A stretch of 64,000 nucleotides of DNA from an uncultured Lachnotalea sp. (GTDB lineage: Bacteria; Bacillota; Clostridia; Lachnospirales; Lachnospiraceae): the NCBI GenBank assembly GCA_948470255.1, contig CAOKOS010000005.1, positions 2,444 through 66,443 of the forward strand, read 5' to 3'. Every line of letters begins with the position of its first letter. Positions within the stretch are counted from its first letter, which is position 1. The translations under genes were made by a program, and so were the position numbers. Under the pieces are notes generated by a model. The model made no database searches and had not been told where the DNA came from. It was given only the letters and a program-made list of their open reading frames with translations. Shown in pieces: positions 1-9,594 of the stretch.

Positions 1-42
1 GTGAAAAGGATGGAAAAGCCATAATGACAGGGAGATTTAAAG

Positions 43-459
43 ATGAATATGAGGTATCTCGATTCACTGCCGGAAGTAAAAAATGACTTCGGCCTGGAAC
101 TGGAGGAAAACGAAAAACTTGTTTTTGTCTCCAAATTGTCGATGCTGGGGACGGAAAAGAGTAAACTGCTCAGCGCAGCGGGATGGGATTGTTTTTTATA
201 TTTGACAAATAAAAAACTGATTGTCTATAACGGCGCAGGTCTCTGGACATGTGATATTGCAGAAGATCTGGTGAGTTGCGAAAAAATCGAGAGGCGGATC
301 TTGTTTTTCAAACCGGCTTTTCATTTCCTGGCCATGTTAAATAAAGAGATTGTTTACAATGATGGAAAAGAGAAGCTGTCAGGATTTGAGTTTTATTTTG
401 AAAAAGGTACGGATGATATGGCGAGGTTCGAGGAAATCATGCGGCGCCTATTCAGCTAA
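43..459 (+). CDS. Hypothetical protein, possibly PH-like (bPH/GRAM-type) domain
   Basis: RBS GGGAG upstream; the pattern LEENEKLVF...LYLTNKKLIV resembles bacterial PH-domain proteins. Confidence 0.55.
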   Translation: MNMRYLDSLPEVKNDFGLELEENEKLVFVSKLSMLGTEKSKLLSAAGWDCFLYLTNKKLIVYNGAGLWTCDIAEDLVSCEKIERRILFFKPAFHFLAMLNKEIVYNDGKEKLSGFEFYFEKGTDDMARFEEIMRRLFS

Positions 460-481
460 AAAGAATTTGGAAAGATGAAAG

Positions 482-530
482 AAACCCCATTTGTCAGACA
501 AAAGGAAAGGTCTGATGAAAGGGGTTTTTT
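482..530 (+). terminator. Rho-independent terminator
   Basis: Imperfect stem AAACCCC-ATTTGTCAGAC / GTCTGATGAAA-GGGGTTT followed by a T-run, just after the 43..459 stop. Confidence 0.7.
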
Positions 531-1095
531 CTCATATATGGAGGAGAAGTATTTGGTTGGGGACTGGAAAAAATGCGGTTGAAATCGCTTGTTGCTTAGA
601 ATGAAATTTGTAGATTTGGAAGGAATTAAAATATAGCAGTTATTAGTGTTTTGATAAAAGTATTTTCAGAAAAATATCTTAATATATAAATAAAATATTT
701 GCTTAATTCTAATGATATGTTATATTAACGTAAATATTATGGGAATTAGTTATAAATTCATAATATATTGTCAAAAATATCCTATATATAGATAAAAATA
801 ATATTAAAAAGTAGTATAAGAAATACTTGAAACAAAAACACAGATATGATATTATAAAACATATAGTAAATAATATTAAGAAAATAAACAATATATTTAT
901 TGCAAATTAAATTTAAATTTAACTATATGCAAGTATAAAGCGCAAAAAATCGAATTAAATATTTGGTAATAATATAAAATATGTGAGAAAAATTTTATTT
1001 TGAAGTTAATTGGGAGCTATTTATAAAATACAGGATATTTTGACATAGAGTAACAATGTGAAAATAAAACAGAAGATTGTAAAGGAGGAATAAAA

Positions 1096-1728
1096 ATGAA
1101 GAGAAAAAAGGTAATAATTTTTGCTGTTTTAATTAGCATGATGATTGGTGGCTTTGATAATATTGGGACAAGCAAAGCAGCAACAGGTAGTGCAACAGTT
1201 TATCATTATAACGATCCTAGTCCAAGTGGTACGAGCTTATGTTTAGCGCATTTATCTGACATGGGATATTCTACGTCTACAATAGCAAACGCTTCAAATA
1301 CTACATTATTAAATGCTTTTACCCAAAAAAAAGTAGTACATATAGTCTCACATGGAAGAGAAGATGGGACAGGTTTTGTTACATCAAGTGGTTATTTACG
1401 TTATTCAGATGTCCAAGGAGCGACTACCTCTAATAATTGTAAGCTAGTTTTCTTACAGGTTTGTTATTCCAGTAATATGGCGAGTATTATCTATACAAAA
1501 AAAGCACAGTCGGCAGTTGGATTCACACAGCCAGTTTCATGGATAGCAGGGACTAGCAATACAGGAATTAAAACATTTGCTCAGGATTTTTATCGCCTTA
1601 TCGAAGAACAACATATTAGTGTGTCTTCTGCAGCGAGCAGCGCTAAAGTTTTGTTATATTCTACAACAGGAAAGTATTGGGGGACTGATTCTATGGTGAT
1701 TAAAGGAGGGAGTACAACGATTTATTAA
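1096..1728 (+). CDS. Secreted protein with putative caspase-hemoglobinase (CHAT/clan CD-like) peptidase fold
   Basis: Strong RBS AAAGGAGG; basic-hydrophobic signal peptide ending near SKA|A; VVHIVSHG (His86), LVFLQVCYS (Cys123), then AVGF and FAQDFY...SVSSAA as in CHAT-like domains. Confidence 0.65.
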   Translation: MKRKKVIIFAVLISMMIGGFDNIGTSKAATGSATVYHYNDPSPSGTSLCLAHLSDMGYSTSTIANASNTTLLNAFTQKKVVHIVSHGREDGTGFVTSSGYLRYSDVQGATTSNNCKLVFLQVCYSSNMASIIYTKKAQSAVGFTQPVSWIAGTSNTGIKTFAQDFYRLIEEQHISVSSAASSAKVLLYSTTGKYWGTDSMVIKGGSTTIY

Positions 1729-1857
1729 ATGATACGTCGATTGTTTGAAGAGAATTTATGATTTCTTTTTATAGAAATGATATCGAAACGTAACTGGTTA
1801 AAGCAAGGGGATGGGTGATATATTCAAACAAACTTTCAATGATAGTGGGAGGATATT

Positions 1858-2676
1858 ATGAAAAACAGATATTTTATTATAGTGGGAATTCTAATCGCAG
1901 TTTTAGGCTTTGCAATTTTGGGTTTTGATATGAACCACAGAGCTGCTTTGCAAAAAGAAGGTATCTATCTGGTAAATCGTTTATATGATACATCCGTTGA
2001 ATTTGTTGAGGTTATTCCTGTGTCGGATGATATTTATGGAAAAGAGTTTGCAGGAAACTATGAATACAAAGATGCAGCGTATACTTATTTTGTGGATATT
2101 AATGAGAACCAGGTACGTGGAATCTTTATCAATCGTGAGGATGTTATTCAAAAATCCATGTATTTAAAAGACCCAGAAAGCGATTTGACAATTCTTTTTA
2201 AAGAAAATCTGCTGATGTCCGAAAAGGGAGATATTGTGATCGACAGTCAAAAACATATAGAAGGAAATGGATATGATTATATTGTAAAAGAAACGATTAA
2301 TGGTATCGAAACAGGAACAAAATTGATTGTTGCATTAGATGAATCAAAAAAACTGGTAGCGGCGGTTTTTCAACAGGGGGAGGCTGAACAGGTAGAAGAT
2401 TTACAGCAGGAAGAAACCATACCCTTGGAGGAAGCCAGACAGAAAGCGCTGGAGGGTATCAGGGTTCAAATACCAACAATCGTTTCCATTATTCCGGATT
2501 TTGATTATAAAGAAGCTCAGATCACCACATTCAAAGGGCATACGTATTGGGATATTCCGCTGAAGGCAGAAGTGATTCTGGAGGACGGAAGAGAAATTAA
2601 AGATGCTTATTTTGAAGTACGTCTTGATCTTTTGACGGGAGTAGTCGATACAGTGGCTTCCAATCATGATTTTTGA
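1858..2676 (+). CDS. Membrane-anchored extracellular protein with PepSY-like (YcdB/YcdC-like) C-terminal domain
   Basis: RBS GGGAGG; single N-terminal TM helix; C-terminal IPLEEARQKA...YWDI...VRLDLLTGVV fits the PepSY pattern. Confidence 0.55.
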   Translation: MKNRYFIIVGILIAVLGFAILGFDMNHRAALQKEGIYLVNRLYDTSVEFVEVIPVSDDIYGKEFAGNYEYKDAAYTYFVDINENQVRGIFINREDVIQKSMYLKDPESDLTILFKENLLMSEKGDIVIDSQKHIEGNGYDYIVKETINGIETGTKLIVALDESKKLVAAVFQQGEAEQVEDLQQEETIPLEEARQKALEGIRVQIPTIVSIIPDFDYKEAQITTFKGHTYWDIPLKAEVILEDGREIKDAYFEVRLDLLTGVVDTVASNHDF

Positions 2677-2724
2677 GGATGGAAGTTGAAAAATTATGGT
2701 TAAAAATTTTTTAGAAATTAGTGA

Positions 2725-2753
2725 TTGCCAAAGAGGGGCAAGAGTGGTATACT
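2725..2753 (+). promoter_or_regulatory. Sigma-A promoter of the toxin-antitoxin pair
   Basis: TTGCCA-17 bp-TATACT with extended -10 TG. Confidence 0.65.
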
Positions 2754-2785
2754 GTACCAAATCAAACTTAGAAAGGAGTGGATAT

Positions 2786-2959
2786 ATGCTGGCATCGACT
2801 CAATTACAAACCGCGGCAACTACAGGACAATCAGATCTGTATGGTTTGATCGGAGAAGGCCGTCAGGCAATGTTGGACGGCAGAGTCAGTACGATGGAGG
2901 AGGTAAAGGAGGAACTGAGAAAAAGGAGGGAAGAGAGTGGCCCGCGTAGTATTTACTGA
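2786..2959 (+). CDS. Putative short antitoxin (ParD/Phd C-terminal-like)
   Basis: RBS GAAAGGAG before ATG 2786 (in frame with ORF 2696..2959); LIGEGRQAMLDGRVSTMEEV resembles the toxin-binding segment of ParE/RelE antitoxins; overlaps the toxin start. Confidence 0.6.
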   Translation: MLASTQLQTAATTGQSDLYGLIGEGRQAMLDGRVSTMEEVKEELRKRREESGPRSIY

Positions 2960-3251
2960 ACCAGCAAAGGATGATTTGCTGGAAATCGAATACTATATTT
3001 TTACTGATTTATGTAATCCGCAGGCTGCCAGGAGGGTTTCGGACGGTATTTTGAGGGCGGCAGGTTCTCTGGCAGATTATCCGGAAAGCCATCCTTTGCT
3101 GGGAGATGAGGCGTTGAAAGCCATGGGCCTGCGGATTACATATTTTGAAAAATACAATGTTTTTTACCATTATGATAAGAACGAAAATGTGGTATATATA
3201 ATCAGAATTTTATATCACAAAGCTGATTGGAACAATCTGTTAAGACATTGA
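2937..3251 (+). CDS. Type II toxin, RelE/ParE family
   Basis: VVFTEPAKDDLLEI...NPQAA...L.DYP...YNVFY...VYIIRILY is the ParE family pattern. Confidence 0.85.
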   Translation: MARVVFTEPAKDDLLEIEYYIFTDLCNPQAARRVSDGILRAAGSLADYPESHPLLGDEALKAMGLRITYFEKYNVFYHYDKNENVVYIIRILYHKADWNNLLRH

Positions 3252-3453
3252 TGGAATCATCAAACACTTCTGCAACTTATCTCAAAAAAATTCAGTCATT
3301 TTCCCATATTTAAAATTTGTACAGTGAAGACGCCAACCGACGGTAATTATTCATGAAAATAAATACTTGCATATTTATGAAAAATGTGCTAATATTCTTC
3401 GTGGTAAAAACATTTGTGTCTGATGGACGGACGTTTGCGGAGGAGAAGCAGGA

Positions 3454-3897
3454 ATGGCAGAGGACAATCAGTATTATGTGGTCAGAAATAAAGCTGTGCC
3501 GGAGGTGCTTTTGAAGGTTGTGGAAGCAAAGCGTCTTCTGGATTCCAAGCGGGCGTTTTCCGTACAGGAGGCAACGGAGCGGGTCGGTATCAGCCGGAGT
3601 TCTTTCTATAAATATAAAGATGATATCTTTCCGTTTCATGATAATGCCAAAGGCAGGACCATCACTTTTGTGCTGCAGATGGATGACGTGCCGGGACTTC
3701 TGTCTACGGTATTAAAAACCATTGCGGAATATAATGGAAATATCCTGACGATTCATCAGACAGTTCCCTTAAACGGCCTAGCTTCGCTGACCCTTAGCAT
3801 TGATGTGCTGGAGACCACCGGGGACACTTCTTCCATGCTGGAGACCATTGAACGGCTGGAAGGGATTCACTATTTGAAAATACTGGGAAGAGAATGA
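3454..3897 (+). CDS. HTH-ACT domain regulator (PheB/ThrR, UPF0735 family)
   Basis: VPEVLLKVVEAK...GISRSSFYKYKD N-terminus plus ACT domain; sits upstream of hom. Confidence 0.9.
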   Translation: MAEDNQYYVVRNKAVPEVLLKVVEAKRLLDSKRAFSVQEATERVGISRSSFYKYKDDIFPFHDNAKGRTITFVLQMDDVPGLLSTVLKTIAEYNGNILTIHQTVPLNGLASLTLSIDVLETTGDTSSMLETIERLEGIHYLKILGRE

Positions 3898-3909
3898 GAG
3901 GAAGAAAAG

Positions 3910-5118
3910 ATGAAAATTGCAATCATGGGATACGGTACCATTGGCTCAGGTGTGGCGGCAGTCGTGGAGAGGAATGCGGAGAGTATCGCAAAACGTGTGG
4001 GAGAACCCATTGAGGTAAAATATGTGCTGGATTTGCGGGAATTCCCTGGGGATCCCATTCAGGAAAAAGTCATTCATGATGTGGATACCCTTGTGAACGA
4101 CCCGGAGGTTTCCATTGTGGTGGAAACCATGGGAGGCGTGGAGCCTGCCTGTACCTTTGTAAAAAAGGCTCTGGCTGCGGGGAAATCTGTGACCACTTCC
4201 AACAAGGCCCTGGTGGCGAAAAAAGGTACGGAACTTTTGGCGCTGGCAAAGGAACATCATGTGAGCTTCCTGTTTGAGGCCAGTGTGGGCGGCGGTATCC
4301 CCATCATCCGCCCTTTAAACCAATGTCTGACGGCGGATGAAATCCTGGAGATCACCGGGATTTTAAACGGCACCACCAATTATATGCTGACAAAAATGGA
4401 CAAAGAGGGGATGACTTTTGATGCAGTGCTGAAAGAGGCCCAGGACAAAGGTTATGCAGAAAAAGACCCTACGGCGGATATCGAAGGCTTTGATGCCTGC
4501 AGAAAGATTGCGATTCTTTCTTCTCTGGCTTATGGCAGCCAGGTGGATTTTGAGGATATTTATACGGAAGGCATCACAAAAATCACGGATACGGACTTTA
4601 AATACGCAAATAAGATGGGAACCTCCATTAAACTGTTCGGCACCAGCAGACGGGCCGGGGATCAGTTTTATGCCATGGTGGCGCCTGTGATGATCAATAC
4701 AGACCATCCCCTCTATGCAGTGAACGACGTATTCAATGGAATCATGGTGGAAGGGAACATGGTAGATAAATTAATGTTCTACGGACGGGGGGCTGGCAGC
4801 CTGCCCACCGCCAGCGCTGTGGTGGCCGATGTGGTGGAGATGGCGAAAAACCCTGGAAAGACCCTGGTGACAAGCTGGAGTACAAAGAAACTTCCGCTGG
4901 CAGATAAAGGCAGCTGGGAGAGGCGTTTCTTTGTCCGTGTATCAGGCGGCGCAGAGAAAAAGGCCCAGGTGGAGGACGCTTTTGGCCAGGTGGCATATGT
5001 TGAATTAGAAGGGCTTTCTGAATTTGCTTTTGTGACACCGGTGATGAGCGAGGCAGTTTATGAGGAAAAGGCCGCTTTGGTGGAAGGCATCCGGCAGATG
5101 ATCCGCATGGATGTGTAA
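3910..5118 (+). CDS. hom: Homoserine dehydrogenase
   Basis: GYGTIG Rossmann motif, TSNKA, FEASVGGGIP, GILNGTTNY, GRGAG. Confidence 0.97.
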   Translation: MKIAIMGYGTIGSGVAAVVERNAESIAKRVGEPIEVKYVLDLREFPGDPIQEKVIHDVDTLVNDPEVSIVVETMGGVEPACTFVKKALAAGKSVTTSNKALVAKKGTELLALAKEHHVSFLFEASVGGGIPIIRPLNQCLTADEILEITGILNGTTNYMLTKMDKEGMTFDAVLKEAQDKGYAEKDPTADIEGFDACRKIAILSSLAYGSQVDFEDIYTEGITKITDTDFKYANKMGTSIKLFGTSRRAGDQFYAMVAPVMINTDHPLYAVNDVFNGIMVEGNMVDKLMFYGRGAGSLPTASAVVADVVEMAKNPGKTLVTSWSTKKLPLADKGSWERRFFVRVSGGAEKKAQVEDAFGQVAYVELEGLSEFAFVTPVMSEAVYEEKAALVEGIRQMIRMDV

Positions 5119-5168
5119 ACACATGGGTATATTCATGAAATTCTATATGCATAAAGCAGGAGGAGAAT

Positions 5169-6380
5169 ATGTTAATTGTAAAGAAATTCGGCGGCAGTTC
5201 TGTCGCTGACAAGGAGAGGATCTTCAATGTGGCAAAGCGCTGCGCGGAAGACTACAAAAAGGGCAATGATGTGGTGGTGGTTTTGTCGGCAATGGGGAAA
5301 ACCACTGACAATCTGATTGCCCAGGCCCATGAAATCAATCCCAATCCGCCGAAGAGGGAAATGGACATGCTTCTCGTGACAGGAGAGCAGATGTCTGTGG
5401 CTTATATGGCCATGGCTTTTGCCACCATGGATATTCCGGCCATTTCCTTAAATGCATTCCAGGTGGCCATGCATACGTCATCCGCTTATATGAGCGCCAG
5501 GCTGAAACGGATTGATACGGAACGTATCCGCAATGAGCTGGATTCCAGAAAGATTGTCATTGTGACAGGGTTCCAGGGCGTAAACCGCCGCGATGACTTT
5601 ACAACCCTTGGCCGGGGAGGCTCCGACACCACGGCAGTGGCTTTGGCGGCGGCCCTTCATGCGGACGAATGTGAAATCTATACGGATGTGGAAGGCGTTT
5701 ACACGGCAGATCCCAGGATTGTGCCCAACGCCAGAAAGATGAAAGAAGTGACATACGATGAGATGCTGGAATTTGCGTCTCTCGGTGCAAAAGTGCTTCA
5801 TAACCGTTCAGTGGAAATGGCAAAGAAATACGGCGTACAGCTGGTTGTGCGCTCCAGTTTAAATAATGCGGAAGGAACTGTTGTTAAGGAGGAGACAAAA
5901 ATGGAGAGAATGATCGTAAGCGGTGTCGCTTCAGACTTAAATACAGCCAGGATTTCAGTAATCGGCGTGAAGGATGAACCGGGAATCGCATTTAAATTAT
6001 TTAATTATCTGGCGGCGAAAAACATTAATATTGATATTATCCTTCAGTCGGTGGCCCGCGACGGAAGACGTGACATTGCTTTCACCGTACCGAAGACGGA
6101 ACTGAAAGAGGCGCTTGCTATCATAGAAGAACATAAGGATTCCTTTACGGCAAATTCTTTTGTATACAATGACCATGTAGCCAAGGTATCCATTATCGGC
6201 GCAGGTATGACGTCCAATCCCGGTGTGGCGGCAAAAATGTTTGAAGCCCTGTATGGAGCCAACATCAATATCCAGATGATCTCCACCTCTGAAATCCGCA
6301 TTACAGTCCTCATTGATGAGAATGACGTGAGCCGTGCCATGAGGGCAATCCATGACAAATTTGACCTGGGAGACGACTGA
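5169..6380 (+). CDS. lysC: Aspartate kinase
   Basis: KFGGSSV, TLGRGGSDTTA, DVEGVYTADP and two C-terminal ACT domains. Confidence 0.95.
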   Translation: MLIVKKFGGSSVADKERIFNVAKRCAEDYKKGNDVVVVLSAMGKTTDNLIAQAHEINPNPPKREMDMLLVTGEQMSVAYMAMAFATMDIPAISLNAFQVAMHTSSAYMSARLKRIDTERIRNELDSRKIVIVTGFQGVNRRDDFTTLGRGGSDTTAVALAAALHADECEIYTDVEGVYTADPRIVPNARKMKEVTYDEMLEFASLGAKVLHNRSVEMAKKYGVQLVVRSSLNNAEGTVVKEETKMERMIVSGVASDLNTARISVIGVKDEPGIAFKLFNYLAAKNINIDIILQSVARDGRRDIAFTVPKTELKEALAIIEEHKDSFTANSFVYNDHVAKVSIIGAGMTSNPGVAAKMFEALYGANINIQMISTSEIRITVLIDENDVSRAMRAIHDKFDLGDD

Positions 6381-6415
6381 GAAAGGGCGGGAAAACCGCA
6401 GACGACGGTAGAGAA

Positions 6416-6856
6416 GTGACGGATAAGAACAGTACGGAACAGACCTTATACAGGCTGGGGCTGGCGGCTATCCTTGTGGTAGCCGCCGTCATACTTTTTA
6501 TAAAATGTTTTCATATTCCTCTGGAGGGGCCGCTTTTTGCCTGCCCCATTTATTCCCTGACGGGGTTTTTCTGTCCCGGATGTGGGGGGACCAGGGCTTT
6601 TACCCTTTTGTTTTCCGGGCATATCCTGGGAAGCGTGGCCTGCCATCCCCTTGTTTTATACGGAATGACACTCTTTTCCATGTTTATGATAAGCCATACT
6701 TTAAAAATTTTTACAAGAGGGAAAATAAAGGGGTTTGCTTATCGCCATATTTATATTAAAATAGCAGTAATGCTTTTGATTCTGAATGTCCTTGTAAAAA
6801 ATCTGGCGTGGGTTTTCTGGCGTTTGGATTTGGCTGGATGGGCTGCAGGGCTGTAG
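6416..6856 (+). CDS. DUF2752-family membrane protein
   Basis: CP...TG..CPGCGGTRA motif followed by TM helices. Confidence 0.85.
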   Translation: MTDKNSTEQTLYRLGLAAILVVAAVILFIKCFHIPLEGPLFACPIYSLTGFFCPGCGGTRAFTLLFSGHILGSVACHPLVLYGMTLFSMFMISHTLKIFTRGKIKGFAYRHIYIKIAVMLLILNVLVKNLAWVFWRLDLAGWAAGL

Positions 6857-6903
6857 GAGAACAGGCAGAAAAAACGACGGAAATTTGATTTTGGGAGGAA
6901 GCT

Positions 6904-9048
6904 ATGGACATTATCGAAGCGCTGGCACAGGAGCTTCATATAAAAAAAGGCCAGGCAGAAGCAGCAGTGGGACTCATTGACGAGGGGAATACGATTCCTT
7001 TTATTGCCCGGTACAGAAAAGAAATGACTGGCTCTTTAAATGATGAAGTGCTGCGCAGCCTGGATGAACGGTTAAAGTATCTTCGGAATCTGGAAGAGAG
7101 GAAAAGGCAGGTTCTGGAAACCATAGAGGAGCAGGGGGCTCTTACCAAAGAGCTGGAAGAGCAGATCCTGGCTGCTGCCACACTGGTGCTGGTGGAGGAT
7201 CTTTACCGCCCTTATCGGCCAAAACGCAGGACCAGGGCTACAGTAGCAAAGGAAAAAGGACTCATGCCCCTGGCGGATGTGGTTATGCTTCAGATGTTGA
7301 AGCAGCCGGCGCTTTTGGAGGCAGAGCAGTATGTGTCGGAAGAGAAAGGTGTGGGGACGGCGGAGGAAGCCCTGGCCGGGGCAGGGGATATCCTGGCGGA
7401 GAGGATTTCCGATGAGGCAGATTACCGCACTTATATCAGAGAAGCCACCATGGGGAAAGGAATCCTTAAATCCCAGGCGAAAAAGCCGGAAGAGAAAACA
7501 GTTTATGAGATGTATTATGATTATGAAGAGCCGGTAAAAAAGGCAGCAGGACACAGGATTTTAGCGCTAAACAGGGGAGAAAAAGAAAAGGTACTGACAG
7601 TGCGGGTGGAGGCGCCGGAAGAAGAAATCCTCCGCTATTTGAAAAAGAAAATCATTGTCAGGGACAATCCCTATACGACGTCTTTTTTAGAAGAGGTTAT
7701 TGCAGACAGTTATGAAAGACTCATTGCGCCGGCCATTGAACGGGAGGTGCGAAATACCCTGACAGAAGCAGCAGAGGCGGGGGCTGTCCATGTATTTGGA
7801 AAAAATCTGGAGCAGCTTCTTATGCAGCCGCCCATTGTGGGACATGTGGTCCTGGGATGGGATCCTGCTTTCCGTACCGGCTGCAAGCTGGCTGTGGTGG
7901 ATGCCACCGGAAAAGTACTGGATACAGTGGTGATTTATCCTACGGCGCCGCAGAATAAAGTGGAAGAGGCAAAGCGGGTGCTGAAGGGACTCATTCAAAA
8001 ATATGGGATTACCCTGATTTCCGTGGGAAATGGAACTGCTTCCCGGGAATCGGAGCAGGTGATCGTATCGCTTCTTAAGGAAATCCCGGAAAAAGTGCAG
8101 TACATTATCGTAAATGAAGCCGGAGCTTCTGTCTATTCGGCCAGCAAGCTGGCGACAGAGGAGTTCCCTGATTTTGACGTGGCCCAGAGAAGCGCCGTAT
8201 CCATTGCCAGAAGGCTTCAGGACCCGCTGGCGGAGCTTGTGAAGATCGATCCCAAATCCATCGGCGTGGGACAGTACCAGCATGATATGAATCAGAAGAA
8301 CCTGGATGAGGCGCTGGCCGGAGTGGTGGAGGACTGCGTAAACCGGGTGGGAGTGGATCTCAATACGGCGTCTGCTTCGCTGCTTGAATATATTTCTGGC
8401 ATAAGCAAAGCGGTTGCCAAAAATATCGTGACTTACCGTGAAGAAAACGGCAGGTTTGAAGACCGGCGCCAGCTGCTTAAGGTGGCCAAGCTGGGACCGA
8501 AAGCTTATGAGCAGTGCGCGGGGTTTATGCGGATCCAGGGAGGAAAAAACCCGCTGGATGCCACGGCAGTCCATCCGGAAAGCTACGGGGCAGTGGATGC
8601 CCTTCTGGAAAAGCTGGGATATGAAAAGGAGCAGATGAAGGCGGGGGGACTGTGCGGTATCAGCAAAAAGGCGGTTCAGAAAGAGAAATTGGCCAAAGAG
8701 CTGGGAATCGGGGAGATTACCCTGGAGGATATTTTAAAAGAGCTGGAAAAACCTGCCAGGGATCCCAGGGATGAGATGCCGAAGCCCATTTTGCGCACGG
8801 ATGTGATGGAGATGGAGGACCTTAAGCCAGGGATGGTGTTAAAAGGCACAGTGCGCAATGTCATTGATTTCGGAGCCTTTGTGGATATTGGAGTCCACCA
8901 GGACGGCCTGGTTCATATTTCCCAGATTTGCGACCGGTATATTAAACATCCCCTGGAGGCTGTCAGTGTGGGGGACATTGTGGAAGTACAGGTTATGAGC
9001 GTAGATGTTTCCAGAAAGAGGATTCAGTTGACCATGAAGATTCAGTGA
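6904..9048 (+). CDS. tex: Tex family RNA-binding transcription accessory protein
   Basis: GNTIPFIARYRKE, DPAFRTGCK, IGVGQYQHD, C-terminal S1 domain. Confidence 0.97.
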   Translation: MDIIEALAQELHIKKGQAEAAVGLIDEGNTIPFIARYRKEMTGSLNDEVLRSLDERLKYLRNLEERKRQVLETIEEQGALTKELEEQILAAATLVLVEDLYRPYRPKRRTRATVAKEKGLMPLADVVMLQMLKQPALLEAEQYVSEEKGVGTAEEALAGAGDILAERISDEADYRTYIREATMGKGILKSQAKKPEEKTVYEMYYDYEEPVKKAAGHRILALNRGEKEKVLTVRVEAPEEEILRYLKKKIIVRDNPYTTSFLEEVIADSYERLIAPAIEREVRNTLTEAAEAGAVHVFGKNLEQLLMQPPIVGHVVLGWDPAFRTGCKLAVVDATGKVLDTVVIYPTAPQNKVEEAKRVLKGLIQKYGITLISVGNGTASRESEQVIVSLLKEIPEKVQYIIVNEAGASVYSASKLATEEFPDFDVAQRSAVSIARRLQDPLAELVKIDPKSIGVGQYQHDMNQKNLDEALAGVVEDCVNRVGVDLNTASASLLEYISGISKAVAKNIVTYREENGRFEDRRQLLKVAKLGPKAYEQCAGFMRIQGGKNPLDATAVHPESYGAVDALLEKLGYEKEQMKAGGLCGISKKAVQKEKLAKELGIGEITLEDILKELEKPARDPRDEMPKPILRTDVMEMEDLKPGMVLKGTVRNVIDFGAFVDIGVHQDGLVHISQICDRYIKHPLEAVSVGDIVEVQVMSVDVSRKRIQLTMKIQ

Positions 9049-9073
9049 CCAGAAGTAAAGGAGCAAAATTCAG

Positions 9074-9592
9074 ATGGAGAATAAGAAATTTGTAACAAAG
9101 ACGGGAGCTATGGATTTGTTCCGTTTCCAGATTTACCATACGTATTTTGGGTTTATGGGAATCCTTATGGCGCTTTTGGCCGTGGTGGCCACAGTGGATC
9201 TCATCGGAAATTTCGGAGGGATGACAGATGGAACCAGGATTCTCTGTATAATCCTGATTTTGTGGGCCGTGGTGTTAAACCCCCTTACCATGTATTTCAA
9301 GTCCAAAAGGCAGGTGGAGACAGTAGAATTGTTTAAAAAACCCATTGCCCTTGAAATCAGTGAGGCCGGCCTGAACATTTCCCAGGAAGAAAACGGCGGG
9401 ATGGTGGAGTGGAAAGACGTCACGAAGATTGTGATTTTGAAAAAACTGGTTATTTTTTATATGGGAAAGGTGCGGGCCCATCTCCTGCCGCTTGACCAGA
9501 TTCCTGAGGAAGCCGATGAGGCGGTGGGGCTGATCAAAAAATATGGAGTGGGCATAAAGATTGCCAACCGGAGAAGAAGCCGGAGGGGATAG
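9074..9592 (+). CDS. YcxB-family membrane protein
   Basis: Two N-terminal TM helices then a soluble domain with the W.DV.KI pattern. Confidence 0.65.
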   Translation: MENKKFVTKTGAMDLFRFQIYHTYFGFMGILMALLAVVATVDLIGNFGGMTDGTRILCIILILWAVVLNPLTMYFKSKRQVETVELFKKPIALEISEAGLNISQEENGGMVEWKDVTKIVILKKLVIFYMGKVRAHLLPLDQIPEEADEAVGLIKKYGVGIKIANRRRSRRG

Positions 9593-9594
9593 AG

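Noticed and set aside
482-530. IS terminal inverted repeat remnant
   Set aside because: No transposase or partner end nearby; position and T-tail fit an ordinary terminator
709-891. 60-aa hydrophobic ORF as a small toxin or membrane peptide
   Set aside because: Its F/I/L/Y composition is expected from extremely AT-rich DNA; non-ATG start and no clear RBS
2696-2785. Longer 87-aa antitoxin start and the alternative ORF 2725..2949
   Set aside because: The promoter at 2725-2753 and RBS at 2771-2778 favour ATG 2786
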